A DNA stretch of 63,714 nt from Octopus bimaculoides. Taxonomy: Eukaryota. Below the pieces are notes generated by a model. The model saw only the letters and a program-made list of their open reading frames with translations. It had not been told where the DNA came from and searched no databases. Location of the stretch: the NCBI RefSeq assembly GCF_001194135.2, contig NC_068982.1:185524066-185587779 (forward strand), read 5' to 3'. Shown piece after piece: positions 38,230-50,435 of this stretch. A program made the position numbers and the translations under genes. Positions within the stretch are counted from its first letter, which is position 1; every line of letters starts with the position of its first letter.

Positions 38230-38745
38230 ATCATCATCATTATCATTTAATGTCCATTTTCTATGCTGACATGGATTGATCAGTTTAGTAGGAGCTAGTG
38301 TGCCAGAACCAAACTACAGTGTCTGCTTTGGACATGGCTTCTATGGCTGGATGCCCTTCCTCATGCCAACCACTTTACAGAATGTACCGGACACTTTTTA
38401 AGTGATACTGGCACTAGTGAAATCACCAAGAAACTCATAAGACAAGACCCCTTCAGCTGAGTCAGGTGTAATATTGAGGAAAGTGGCTTTATGCCAGATG
38501 ATGAGATGTTAAACTATAATAGAGGAACAGAAACAGGTGTCTTACTGTAAGGAAATATGGTTATCTCGGCAGGGAAAGAAAGAAGATTGAGGTGGAGACG
38601 TGTGAAACTGCACTCTCAAGTTACAGGAAGATGAATATAAGAGAAGTGGCATGGATGGGTAAGAAGTTAGTAGGAGTGTAAAGAAGAGTGGCAGATGGGT
38701 ATAGAGGAGAATGCAGTGAGTGATGAACATGGTAGGGGCATGGTC
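38230..38745 (-). mobile_element. Old RTE-tail-bearing repeat with purine-rich extension
   Basis: ggctggatgcccttcctcatgccaaccac motif; the extension resembles 18860-19070 and 44320-44590. Confidence 0.5.
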
Positions 38746-38811
38746 AATCATGAATATTCTTTCTTAATCCAGTTCATTTTATTGTTCCATACAAATATAG
38801 AAAAGGGCATA

Positions 38812-39147
38812 GACCCTCTTCAGTCTTGAATAACCATTGGATTGCATCTAGAAAGTTACCCTCCAAGGCACAAGTCTGGGTAAGGTTGTTTATGGATGAC
38901 CAGTAGTCGCCCAAGCATCCCAGTCACTCCTCTCCATGATACTGATGCTGTCCAAGGGAAAGGCAAAGGGGCCGATACAACTTGATACCAGTGATGTTAA
39001 AACTCATTTCTACAGCTGAATGAACAGGAGCAACGGGAAATAAAGTGTCTTGCTCAAGAACACAATATACAGCCCAGTCAAGGAATTGAACTCACTACCT
39101 TATGATTGTGAGCCTGATGCCCTAACCACTGAGCCATGTGTCTTCAC
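38812..39147 (-). mobile_element. tRNA-derived SINE (family F)
   Basis: Reverse-complement head gtgaagacacatggctcagtggttagggcatc...gagttcaattcc and core cttgagcaagacactt; partial relative at 59480-59672. Confidence 0.75.
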
Positions 39148-39344
39148 TATACAAATATACTTAGATTGTTTTTTAATCCCAGAGCTTATGGAGAAGACTT
39201 AGTGGTGAAGACATTACTACCATGACCATCCCATCTTTCATTCAGTTTTAGCATGTTCAGGACTGGGAAGAGAGATTTGGTTGCTGTTTCTTGGAGGTTG
39301 AACAACTATGTAAAGACTCCTTCCAGTCATTCCTACACTATTTT

Positions 39345-39586
39345 ATATCTTTTTTATCTTCAACTTGCTACAGTCCTTAGACTGTGGCCATACTGGGGCA
39401 CTGCCTTGAAGAAATTTAGTCAAAAGAATTGACTCCAGTAGTTAGTTTTTAAGTCTGGTACTTATTTTACTGATTCCTGTTGCTGAACTGCTAGGTTATG
39501 AGGATGTAAACATACCAACATTGGTTGTCAAGTGGTGGTGGTGGTGGGCAAACACAGACACAAAAACACACACAAACACATGCACG

Positions 39587-39646
<60 letters not shown>

Positions 39647-39820
39647 ATGGGCTTTTTTCAATATGTCTGCCAAATCCACTCAGAAAGGCTCTGGTTGGCT
39701 CAAGGCTATAGTAGAAGATACTTGCTCAAGGTGACATGCAGTAAAACTGAACTCAGAACCATGTCGTTGGGAAGCAAGCTTCTTATTACACAGCCCTACC
39801 TATACCTATTGTGTTCAATC
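39345..39820 (-). mobile_element. Composite family B SINE, diverged, with internal (CA)n
   Basis: Same head and tail as 21449-21943. Confidence 0.75.
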
Positions 39821-40430
39821 TATACAGATAAAGTATACACAGTAGTGTTGAAATAACAATAATTAAGAACAATGAAGTGACACACAAGCATACATATACA
39901 ATTATTATAATTATTATTACTGACGTAAATGTTTACCCTTATCTTTAACAAGCAATCCTGTTGATTTACCTCCATGCCTTATTTAATTACAGCAGAACAT
40001 TGTTGGTTTAGATATTGTGAGCAAGAGGTATCAACTGTTTCAATCAATTTACTGCAAGTTAATGAGGTAACCTCTACATGGTTATTTTACTCACTAGAAG
40101 TAGTAACTGAATTATACCAAACTATCTTAAAAGAGAATAAAATAATAGGACCCTTGTGTTAAAGGTACAATCCACCATGCTTCTACACAGTTCCTGTCAA
40201 CTCATTTTTACTCATAAAGCATGAGTTGGTGTCCTCAGTACAGAAAATTACACTCCCCCAAGATGCTATGCAGCAGAATCAAAATTAGGACCTCAACACT
40301 GCAAAGAAAACTTCTAAACCATTTAGCTATACTCCACTTACATTTGAGTATAAGTGTATATGAAATATTCGGGAATTACTTTTATGCTAATTTGTTGACT
40401 TTGAGAGCTTAATTGAGAGCTTAACTGAGC

Positions 40431-40495
<65 letters not shown>

Positions 40496-40905
40496 ATTAA
40501 TCTCAGTTGGAATTTCCAGCCATGAATGGTCAGTTGTTCAATCAATCAATCCTGTTTTTTACAAAATATGACTTACTATCTTGGATTTATATCCTAGTGC
40601 AATTAAGCAACATTTAACTACCTTGTAATTATTCCCCTGGACATTTCCTTTAAATTGTAAATTCTATATATATATATGTACCACCACCACCACCACCATC
40701 ATCATCATTTAGCGTCTACTTTCTGTGCTGGCATGGGTTAAACAGTTTGAAATTGGGAAGCTGAAGAGCTGCATCAGGTTCCAATCTGATTTGGCATGTT
40801 TTCTGTTTTACAGACACCAACATGGTTTTTGTGACTGGATAGAGTTCCTAATGCTGACCACTTTACAAAATTATATACATACATACATACATACATGTGT
40901 ATATT

Positions 40906-40936
<31 letters not shown>

Positions 40937-41646
40937 TTGTATAAGGATTGTTTGTAGAAAACAAATCTGGAGAAGTACACTCTAAGATGTAGAGTAGTGT
41001 ATATTTTTAAAATGGGGAAGGTCAGTTTAAACTGGTGCTTTTATGTGTCACCTGCCACCAGCACAAAGGCCAGTCGGGTGGTACTGGCAACAGCCACCAC
41101 ACTCAAAATGGTGTATTTTATGTGCCACCTGCACAAGAGCCACTCACTGTCACTTTCACTCTCTCTCTTTCCCTCTCACTCTCTTTCTCTCTCACTCACT
41201 CTCACTCTCTTTCTCTCTCACTCTCTCTCTCTCACTCTCTTTCTCTCTCACTTCCTCTCTGAAACATTTAAAAACATAAAACAAACACTGTCACCACTGA
41301 CTGTCTCTTACACACTCTCTCTCTTTCTCACTCTCTCACTTTCTCTCTCACTCTCTCTCTCTCTCTCTCTTACTTCATCTATGTCCTCTCTCTCTCTCTC
41401 TCTCTCTCTTTTACTTCCTTTCTGTCCTCCTCTTACTTTGCCACTTCTTTGGTATGTACAAAAACAAAAACTTAGTGTAATTATTGATGAGGTGTATTCC
41501 AGAAGTTTTCAGACTTCTTTTAGGAGAGGCTGTTACAACTGTCCTAGACTATTGTAATTTTAGTATATTATTTCTATATGTCTAATAAGCCAATCTGCCA
41601 ACTGAAGGAGGTTGTGACAAGGGTCTTGGACACCTTCATTTTGCAG

Positions 41647-43272
41647 GATGCCCCTGGGAGCTCCTCTATGCTGATGACCTTGCTCTAATTGCTGAGTTAC
41701 TATCAGAACTAGAGGAGAAGTTTCAGGTGTGGAAGCAAGGACTAGAATCGAAGGGCCTTAGAATCAACCTAGCTAAACCCAAAGCTAAAACCTAGCTAAA
41801 ACCAAAGTCCTAATTAGTAGGAAGGCAGACAAACCACAAATCCCTTCAGGTAGATGGCCCTGCTCGATCTGTAGAAAAAGCGTCGGTAGAAACTCTATAA
41901 GATGTACCCAGTGTAAGCTATGGACACATAAGAGGTGCAGCAATATCAAAGGAAGGCTAACTGGGAAGATAGTTTTTGTTTGTGGCAGATGCTCAGGAGC
42001 AATAAACACTGAAGATATGCAGAAAACAACTTCTGTCACATTCCAGGGAGAAAAACTTACAAGTAATTGATAGCTTCCGTGTTACCTAGGTGACGAAGTC
42101 AGTAGCGGAGGTGGGTGTACTGAAAGTGTAGCTGCTAGGATAAGAATAGCCTGGGCAAAGTTCAGAGAGCTCTTACCTCTGCTGGTGACAAAGGGCCTCT
42201 CACTCAGAGCAAAAGGCAGACTTACGATGCATGTGTACGAACAGCCATGCTACATGGCAGTGAAACATGGGCCGTGACTACTGAGGACATGCGTAAGCTT
42301 GCAAAGAGTGAAGCCAGTATGCTCCGCTGGATGTGTAATGTCAGTGTGCATACTCGACAGAGTGTAAGTACCTTGAGAGAAAAATTGGACCTAAGAAGCA
42401 TCAGTTGTGGTGTGCACTGGTATGGTCAAGTGGCGAGAATGGATGAGGATAGCTGTGTGAAAAAGTGCCACACCCTAGCAGTTGAGGGAACCTGTGGAAG
42501 AGGTAGACCCAGGAAGACCTGGGATGAGGTGGTGAAGCACTACCTTCAAACATTAGGCCTCACCAAGGCAATGACTAGTGACTGAGACCTTTGGAAATAT
42601 GCTGTGCTTGAGAAGACCCGGCAAGCCAAAATGAGACNNNNNNNNNNNNNNNNNNNNNNNNNNNNNNNNNNNNNNNNNNNNNNNNNNNNNNNNNNNNNNN
42701 NNNNNNNNNNNNNNNNNNNNNNNNNNNNNNNNNNNNNNNNNNNNNNNNNNNNNNNNNNNNNNNNNNNNNNNNNNNNNNNNNNNNNNNNNNNNNNNNNNNN
42801 NNNNNNNNNNNNNNNNNNNNNNNNNNNNNNNNNNNNNNNNNNNNNNNNNNNNNNNNNNNNNNNNNNNNNNNNNNNNNNNNNNNNNNNNNNNNNNNNNNNN
42901 NNNNNNNNNNNNNNNNNNNNNNNNNNGATTGTTACCAGCATCGCCTTACTGGCACTTGTGCCGGTGGCACGTGAAAAAATATTCGAGTGAGGTTGTTGCC
43001 AGTGCCGCTGGACTGGCTCCTGTGCAGGTGGCATGTAAAAAACACCATTTGAGCCTGGCCGTTGCCAGTACCATGTGACTGGCCCTCGTGCTGGTGGCAC
43101 GTAAAAGCACCCACTACACTCTCAGAGTGGTTGGCGTTAGGAAGGGCATCCAGCTGTAGAAGCTCTGCCAGAGCAGATTGGAGCCTGGTGCAGCCATCTG
43201 GTTTGCCAGTCCTCAGTGAGATTATCCAACCCATGCCAGCATGGAAAGCTGATGATGATGATGATGATGATG
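41647..43272 (+). mobile_element. Young RTE-clade LINE, 5'-truncated, spanning gap 42638-42926
   Basis: PWELLYADDL at ~41655, ORF 42247-42585 LHGSETW...RGRPRKTW, hairpin units and (GAT)n tail. Confidence 0.92.
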
Positions 43273-43519
43273 ATGTATTGATGGTGAGGGCAGTTTACAT
43301 CCTAATGTATAATATTCTATTTCTGTGGAAATTATAAAATTCCAGTTATTCTTCTCATGACTACTGACATACTTAATTAATAAATAACCACTTAACTGGC
43401 TTAATTAAGTAATTAGCAAAGATATAAATCGTTAGATACTCCGAATTAAAACACTGATAAAATGACATGTACTTTAGGATTTTTCCTTTGTAATATTATA
43501 TTCTATGAAGGATGGCAGA

Positions 43520-43900
43520 TAGCAGAATTGGTAGATTGTCAGACAAAATGGGTTGCAGTATTTAATTATGCCTTATTATGTTCTGAGTTGTAGTTTTGCC
43601 AGAGTCAACTTTGCCTTTCATAATTTTATGGTTGTTATAATACTGGGTTGATAAAATATATTCTGGTCAATAACATATGTACTGATCAATATAATACGTA
43701 CTGAGTTGATAAAATCCATAGTGGTCATGAGTTGATAAAATCCATAGTGGCCAGTAAAATATGTACTGGGTTTATAGATATATAATGGTTTGATAAAACA
43801 TGTAAGAGTTTGATAAAATATGTATTGGGGTTGATAAGAAACATGAGGGGAATAAAATAATTTCTGGTGTTGATATAATCAACCCTTCATCAAAATTTGT
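43520..43900 (+). mobile_element. Meta/MESC-like SINE with internal tandem expansion
   Basis: Head ggcagaattgg...ttctgagttg..agtcaactttgcctttca followed by repeated tactgggttgataaaata-like units. Confidence 0.6.
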
Positions 43901-44094
43901 TAACTTGTGTGACTGAGAAGAGCTTTGGTGGCAGAATTAGTCAAACAAATGCATTGGGATTTAGTTTCACTGTTCTGAGGTTAACAAGGTATGTACCAAT
44001 CAAGCACTGAAGGATTAATCAACTCTACTGCTAGCATGTTCCATTAGATGTGCCATGTAAGTGTGCATGAATGACAAATGCATTGTGAGAATAA

Positions 44095-44315
44095 TTGGGA
44101 ATAAGAGGAGTCAAATGTAGTATACAAGAAAGAAAATTGCTCTGGTATGGACATGTGATGTATATATCATAGATGAGGATGGCTGTATAAAGAAATGCTG
44201 TTCACTTAATATGGATGGTGCTACCAGAAGAGGGAGATCCAATAAGACATGGAACAAAGTAGTGAAAGCTAATTTCAGGTTCTTTGAATCTCACAGAGGA
44301 GATGACAGAGGACTG
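44095..44315 (+). pseudogene. Older RTE RT C-terminal fragment
   Basis: QERKLLWYGHVM...DEDGCIKKC...RRGRSNKTWNKVV, homologous to the end of ORF 34331-34960. Confidence 0.75.
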
Positions 44316-45134
44316 TAACTGCCTCTTACTTTCCCAAACACTCTTGCAGCCTCTACCCACACACACTTCCTGTTCTCTTGTCCTTTTTCACTTCTATTCA
44401 CCTTGTATCTCGAGGTCTGTCCTGAAGCCTCATCATCACTATTTTGCTCTCTTTCCAGCTCCACCCTGGCCACTCTCATCCACTCTTCTTTACTGTGAGT
44501 AACTATGTAGCTCTTCCATAGCAAAAAAACCTGTTCTATTTTGGCCCCTCCTCACTTACTTTAACTCCTCATCCCATAAGATTAAGCTCCTTCCTTGTCT
44601 ACTGTAGTGTTATTCATTTGAAGGGGATTTGGTACCATCAAAAAACACCTATTAAAGAAGCTGGAAGTAGAAAGCATATCCAATTATTTAAACCTTCCAA
44701 AGCAGTGAAACTACATCATTACAAAATGAGCTTCTTAATCATATAGTCTATTTCTTATACTCAATAAAACTGTATTGGCATGTTTTAATGAGGACCTGGT
44801 GTAATTTAGTGACTTACAAATATGGTATTAAAAAAACAGTTAAATAGTTAACAGAAAAACCAAAATATTATTTTTTAACATGAATAATTACTTTTCACAA
44901 CATTATTTTAGGCAGTTAGCCTTCTGTACACACATTAATTTCTTGTTAGTGTTAGTTGCAAAATGTGTGTATGCATCCACTCAGAGTTGTACAACTTACA
45001 GAAATGAGAGGCCACAAGTGAAAATATTATAGAAAGAAGTTAGAAGTCAAGTGGGCAGGGGACACTGAGAATGAAAGATTGTGTGTTATGCTTGGTTTGA
45101 GTGGAGTTTGGAACGAGAATCAGGGACAGAGTGA

Positions 45135-45159
45135 GAAAGAGAGAGAGGGGGGAGAGAGG

Positions 45160-45214
<55 letters not shown>

Positions 45215-45362
45215 NNNNNNNNNNNNNNNNNNNNNNNNNNNNNNNNNNNNNNNNNNNNNNNNNNNNNNNNNNNNNNNNNNNNNNNNNNNNNNNNNNNNNN
45301 NNNNNNNNNNNNNNNNNNNNNNNNNNNNNNNNNNNTCCTCCTCCTCCTCCTCCTCCTCCTCC

Positions 45363-45410
<48 letters not shown>

Positions 45411-45535
45411 CCATCACCACCATCACCACCATCAACACCATTATCATCATCATCATCATCATCGTCATCACCGTCATCATCGTCATCATCACCATCAACA
45501 CCATCATCATCATCACCATCATCATCATCATCCAT
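45135..45535. repeat. (GA)n / gap / (CCT)n(CAT)n simple repeats
   Basis: Visible directly; accounts for ORFs 45040-45742. Confidence 0.95.
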
Positions 45536-45687
45536 GTTTGTATGGGTCTGATGCAGTTTATTGAAGCAGATTTTCTATGGCCAAGAGCCCTTCCTGTCAT
45601 CGACCGCTTCCTGTTTCCAAGCAGGCTGACGTTTCCCTGGGACAGACTTGTTTCACAAAATATTAAGAATGAATGGCATTCATTTAA

Positions 45688-45907
45688 CATTCTAACATTT
45701 AAACTGGCCAAACTTGCCCAAAATATTTTATTTGCTTTATGATTAAAGCAGCCAAGGCTGGCCTCTCACACCCACCCTACACTATTATTGTAAAAATAAG
45801 CAATTGCATCATTAAAATCTTGAAGCTATGAGATAATGTATGATTAATTCAAAACAAGGTGAATAAATAAGCATTACATTTGAAAGAGTCATGTGAATGC
45901 TAAAAGG
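45688..45907. mobile_element. TTAA-flanked MITE, diverged copy
   Basis: TTAA at 45684-45687 and 45908-45911; body homologous to 55799-56018. Confidence 0.7.
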
Positions 45908-46759
45908 TTAAACCAATCATGCAATATCAGTACAGGGAGACACAACCATGCACACACACACATATATATAGATATATAAATGATGGGCTTCTTACAGTTT
46001 TTGTCAACCTGGGGCTATAGTAGAAGATACTTGTCCAAGATACTACTCAGTGGGATTGAACCTGATACCATGTGGTTGGGAAGCAAACTTCTTAACCACA
46101 CAGTCATGCCTATGTATTATATGTATTATATATGGTTATCCATGGGCAATGCATAGCAGCTTTACTGTAAACTATTTCAGAAGAGTAACCGAAGGAGAGC
46201 CAAAAGAAATTTCAAACATGTACTAGCTATACCAAAAAAAGTACAAAACTGATTCTAACCAAGCTTGTTTATATCCTCGTTTTCTCCTATTAGATTCATT
46301 TTGACTTTTAGTTTCCTTTGTCATTTCCATCACTCACTCTTTATCTAGATTCTTGTGGCAAGTCATGGGATTTGAAGATGATTTGATATTTTACCAATAG
46401 CAATGTTTAGTTAGAAGTAAAGGAAAACAAAAAGCAAACAGAAAACATAAATTTAGGTCAGTTGTAATTGTCATCCTATTTGTTATCATTGTTGTCATTG
46501 TCACTGGTAGAGGTGGAGGTGGCTATAGAAGCAACCGCAGCAGTGGTAGCGGTAGCAGTGGCAACTATGTTGACAGCATGGTAGCAGCATCAGCATGGTT
46601 GATGACAGCAGTGACATTGTCATTGTCTTTTAGCAACCACTTTATCATGCAAATCTATATTGGATGAATCCTAAGGTCTTGCTTCATTGCTTCTTTTTAT
46701 ATCTTGCTCACTTTTCCTTGGCCATTACTTGGTAAACTTTCAGTGTCAATATAGCAGTA

Positions 46760-46965
46760 AGTTAACAGAACCATTAGCACACTGGGCAAAATGCTCAGTG
46801 AAATTTCATCCATCTTTATGTTCTGAGTTCAAATTTCATCGAGCTTGACTTTGCCTTTCATCCTTTTGGAGTTGATAAAATAAATACTGGCTGAGCACTG
46901 AGGTCAACCTAATCAGCTTATCCCCTCCTCAAAATTGCTGGCCTTGTACCAAAATTTGAAACCAA
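46760..46965 (+). mobile_element. Meta/MESC-like SINE, diverged
   Basis: ttctgagttcaaatttc...gactttgcctttcatccttttggagttgataaaataaatactgg. Confidence 0.75.
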
Positions 46966-47751
46966 TATGTAATATACAACAACAAATACACTCACTAACA
47001 CATTGTCCATTTACACCATTGCACTCATATCTGTCCTCTAATGCCAAACTGTTCTCTCAGCTCACTTATACAGGCTGTATTACATTGATGCTTCATGGTA
47101 AATTGATGTTATTCATGGTTAACACAAAAATATGAGTTCTAATGAATAAAAAATTTTTGATAGATATTTCTGGTCTCTTAGATACATACTATCACATTTT
47201 ATCAAGTGCCAATGTCTGTTGAAGAGGATCAGGAAGTACATCATTAAGTAGGATGTTTAAATATAGGACACTTCCTAGCATAACGAGTTTAAAGTATTTT
47301 AGTGCATATAGTTTAGACAAGAAGAGTATATAATTTAGAACTATATGTTTCAGTAAACTTCATTCAAATTATAATTATTGCAATTGAATAATTATTCTAT
47401 TTATGATGGTTTCTAAGATGGATGCAAGACTAGAAATATGTAGTAGACGTACAGATGAGAGACCTCTCCTATAGATCAGTTTAACACTATTTAGTTATTA
47501 GATCCTTTAGCAAAGTCCATTCAGTTGTTACAAGAATTCAGGCCAGCCCTACATCCTAGTTCTTTCCCACCCACATACATTTCCTTCAGATATTGACACT
47601 CATCAGTCTTACATATCTGGGATGACCAGCTGAGGTCACGAGTATAGAAGCTCATTTTTTGATGAATTTATTCATACATACAAACATACATACATACATA
47701 CATACACGCATGCATACATAGATACATGCATACATACATACATACATACAT

Positions 47752-48229
47752 CTCTACCCAGATTACAAGTTCAGTTTTATACCTGTAATTATTGGGGCAC
47801 TGGGATATGTAACACACTGCTTAAATACGAATCTTGAGAAATTAAACTTCTCAAAACCAGAAAGGAGAAAGCTAATTTGAAGACTACAGATCCAGTCCAT
47901 CATTGGAACTGTAAAAATCTGTAAAACTTTCCAGAAGTTTATCATTTAAATACATAAGAGCATGTTTAGATATGTAACTATATGCATGAGAATACAGACA
48001 TAAAACATACAAATCTGCACATACATACATACATACAAATCTGCACATACATACATACATACATACATACATGCATGAATACATACATACACACACACAT
48101 ACATACATACATACAAGCAAAAAATACCCTGTTGTTGATGTTGAAATTCCAATGAAGGAACCTTGGATCTAGGTTAGAAACTGATTCTTTCTCTATTGGC
48201 AAGAAATCTTGAAATAAACTGAATAACGA
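47752..48229 (+). mobile_element. R4/Dong-like (restriction-like endonuclease) retroelement 3' end with (CATA)n arrays
   Basis: Frame from 47752 reads LYPDYKFSFIPVIIGALGYV...RLQIQSIIGTVKICKTF*, resembling the R4-clade C-terminus (P.VIGALG...LQ...LGT..I). Confidence 0.65.
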
Positions 48230-48319
48230 CATACATACATGCATGAATACATACATACATACATACATAGGTAAATACATACATGCATACACACACACAC
48301 ACATACACACATACATACA

Positions 48320-48348
<29 letters not shown>

Positions 48349-48350
<2 letters not shown>

Positions 48351-49226
48351 GTGGCTAGATTACAAGAAAGCCCTTGACTCTGTTCCCCACTCATGGATGC
48401 CAGAAGCCCTTCAACTTGCTAAAGTTCCAATGAGAATTATCAAAGCCATAGCTGACCTGACTTCATTGTGGACGACCATCCTGAAATTAAGCTGTATTAT
48501 CACCGATAGAATACAATATTGCAAAGGCATATTCCAAGGAAACAGGCTCTCTGTGATGTTGTTTATACTTTCTGTAAACTCCTTGTCATTCATGTTAAGG
48601 AATTCTGAAGGGTATCTCATGAGATTACAAGGAAACAGAAATACCAAAATTACTCACTGTTTCTTTGTGGATGACTGAAAAATTTATGCAAAGAATACGC
48701 ATGAGATGAAAAGGAGCCTGGACCTAGTTGCAACATTCTCAAAGAATGTAGGGTTGGAGTATGGTCAGGATAAATGTTATATGGTTGTGAAAAGGGGGAA
48801 AACTATAAACCAGACAAGTAGCATCTCCGTCATTGATTTGACTGTTTACCCTGTGTCTGATGAGGAATGTTATAGGTATCTAGGAGTGGATGAAAATACA
48901 CCTTACAAAGGCACCTGTAACAAGACACATGTCATTAAAGAATATTACAGCCAAATAAAGAAAATTTGGACCTCAGAACTCTCTACATTCAATAAAACAG
49001 TGGCCCACAATGTATTTGCAGTGCCAGTACACATACCAACATTTGGGCTGCTTGATTGGATGCTTGATGAGATCTGAGCCATTGATGTGAAAACCCCAAA
49101 CATATTAAGAAGCACACATAATTTCCACATAAACAGTGATGTAGACCGCTTCTACCTAAAATGTAAACAAGGCGGCAGAGGCTTAACATCGATCCAAAAT
49201 GCCTTTGAATGTTGCATCATATCCCT
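48349..49226 (+). pseudogene. R4/Dong-like RT fragment
   Basis: WLDYKKALDSVPHSW, GIFQGNRLSVMLF, THCFFVDD*KIY, YRYLGV, DVDRFYLKCKQGGRGL. Confidence 0.8.
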
Positions 49227-49413
49227 TTGGCACGTAAAAGCAGCCACTACACTCTCGGAGTGTTTAGCATTAGGAAGGGCATCCAGCTGTAGAAACTCTG
49301 CCAGATCAGATTGGAGCCTGGTGCAGCCATCCGGTCCACCAGTCCTCAGTCAAATCGTCCAACCCATGCTAGCATGGAAAGCGGATGTTAAACGATGATG
49401 ATGATGATGATGA
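49227..49413 (+). mobile_element. RTE 3' tail inserted at the end of the R4-like fragment
   Basis: ggcacgtaaaagcagccactac...gcatggaaagcggatgttaaacgatgatg. Confidence 0.85.
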
Positions 49414-49425
49414 TATATGTATATA

Positions 49426-49506
<81 letters not shown>

Positions 49507-49516
49507 ACACACACAG

Positions 49517-49597
49517 AGTAATCCCTTGACTATTGTGGGTGTTACATTCCAAAACCTCCTGCGATAGGTGAACAGCATTATGGTGAGTGATTACTGT
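49517..49597. mobile_element. Small pogo/Tigger-derived MITE remnant
   Basis: Imperfect TIRs agtaatcccttga / tgagtgattact. Confidence 0.4.
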
Positions 49598-50223
49598 GTA
49601 TATTACTGTATATATAAATACATATATATATAGTGACAGAAAGAGAGAGAGATAGCAATAAGAAAATGGAGGGGATTAATAGGTGGTATTCATCAACTTA
49701 TAGACATTAAATTAATAGTAAAATAACTCTTTACCCTCAACCATTTATTACACTTGGTAATGTAATTGTCATGCAATGAAAAAACACTTGGGTAATAATA
49801 ATTGGGTATTCTACCAGCAGTATATTGGATAGATATTATCCCTTTGTTGGTTGGATTCACAACCTCTAACTTTCTTGGATATATATACTTGTGGATAAGC
49901 CTGGTTTCACTCGGTCAGTTTGGATGATGTGGTTGTAAAACCTGCTCTGTGTAAGCATTCGACTTGTTTCGGCACACTTACGTTAAAAAACAATTTTAGA
50001 ATGACTTTTTTCTGTCAAAACGCTACAAATAACTGACCAACAAAAAAAGCAACCAAGATTCGAATAAATCAAAATATAAACCCAAANNNNNNNNNNNNNN
50101 NNNNNNNNNNNNNNNNNNNNNNNNNNNNNNNNNNNNNNNNNNNNNNNNNNNNNNNNNNNNNNNNNNNNNNNNNNNNNNNNNNNNNNNNNNNNNNNNNNNN
50201 NNNNNNNNNNNNNNNNNNNNNNN

Positions 50224-50276
<53 letters not shown>

Positions 50277-50278
50277 TA

Positions 50279-50435
50279 CAACGGGCTTCTTTCAATTTCC
50301 ATCTACCAAATCCACTCACAAGGCTTTGGTCGGCCCGAGGCTATAGCAGAAGACACTTGCCCAAGGTACCACGCAGTGGGTTGAACCCAGAACCATGTGG
50401 TTGGTAAGCAAGCTACTTACCACACAGCCACTCCT
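50279..50435 (-). mobile_element. Family B tRNA-derived SINE head
   Basis: Near-identical to 6337-6495. Confidence 0.85.

Noticed and set aside
45040-45742. Long poly-His, poly-Asp and poly-Met ORFs, and all X-containing ORFs (42546-43100, 57366-57906, 61931-62984)
   Set aside because: These are translations of trinucleotide repeats and N-gaps.
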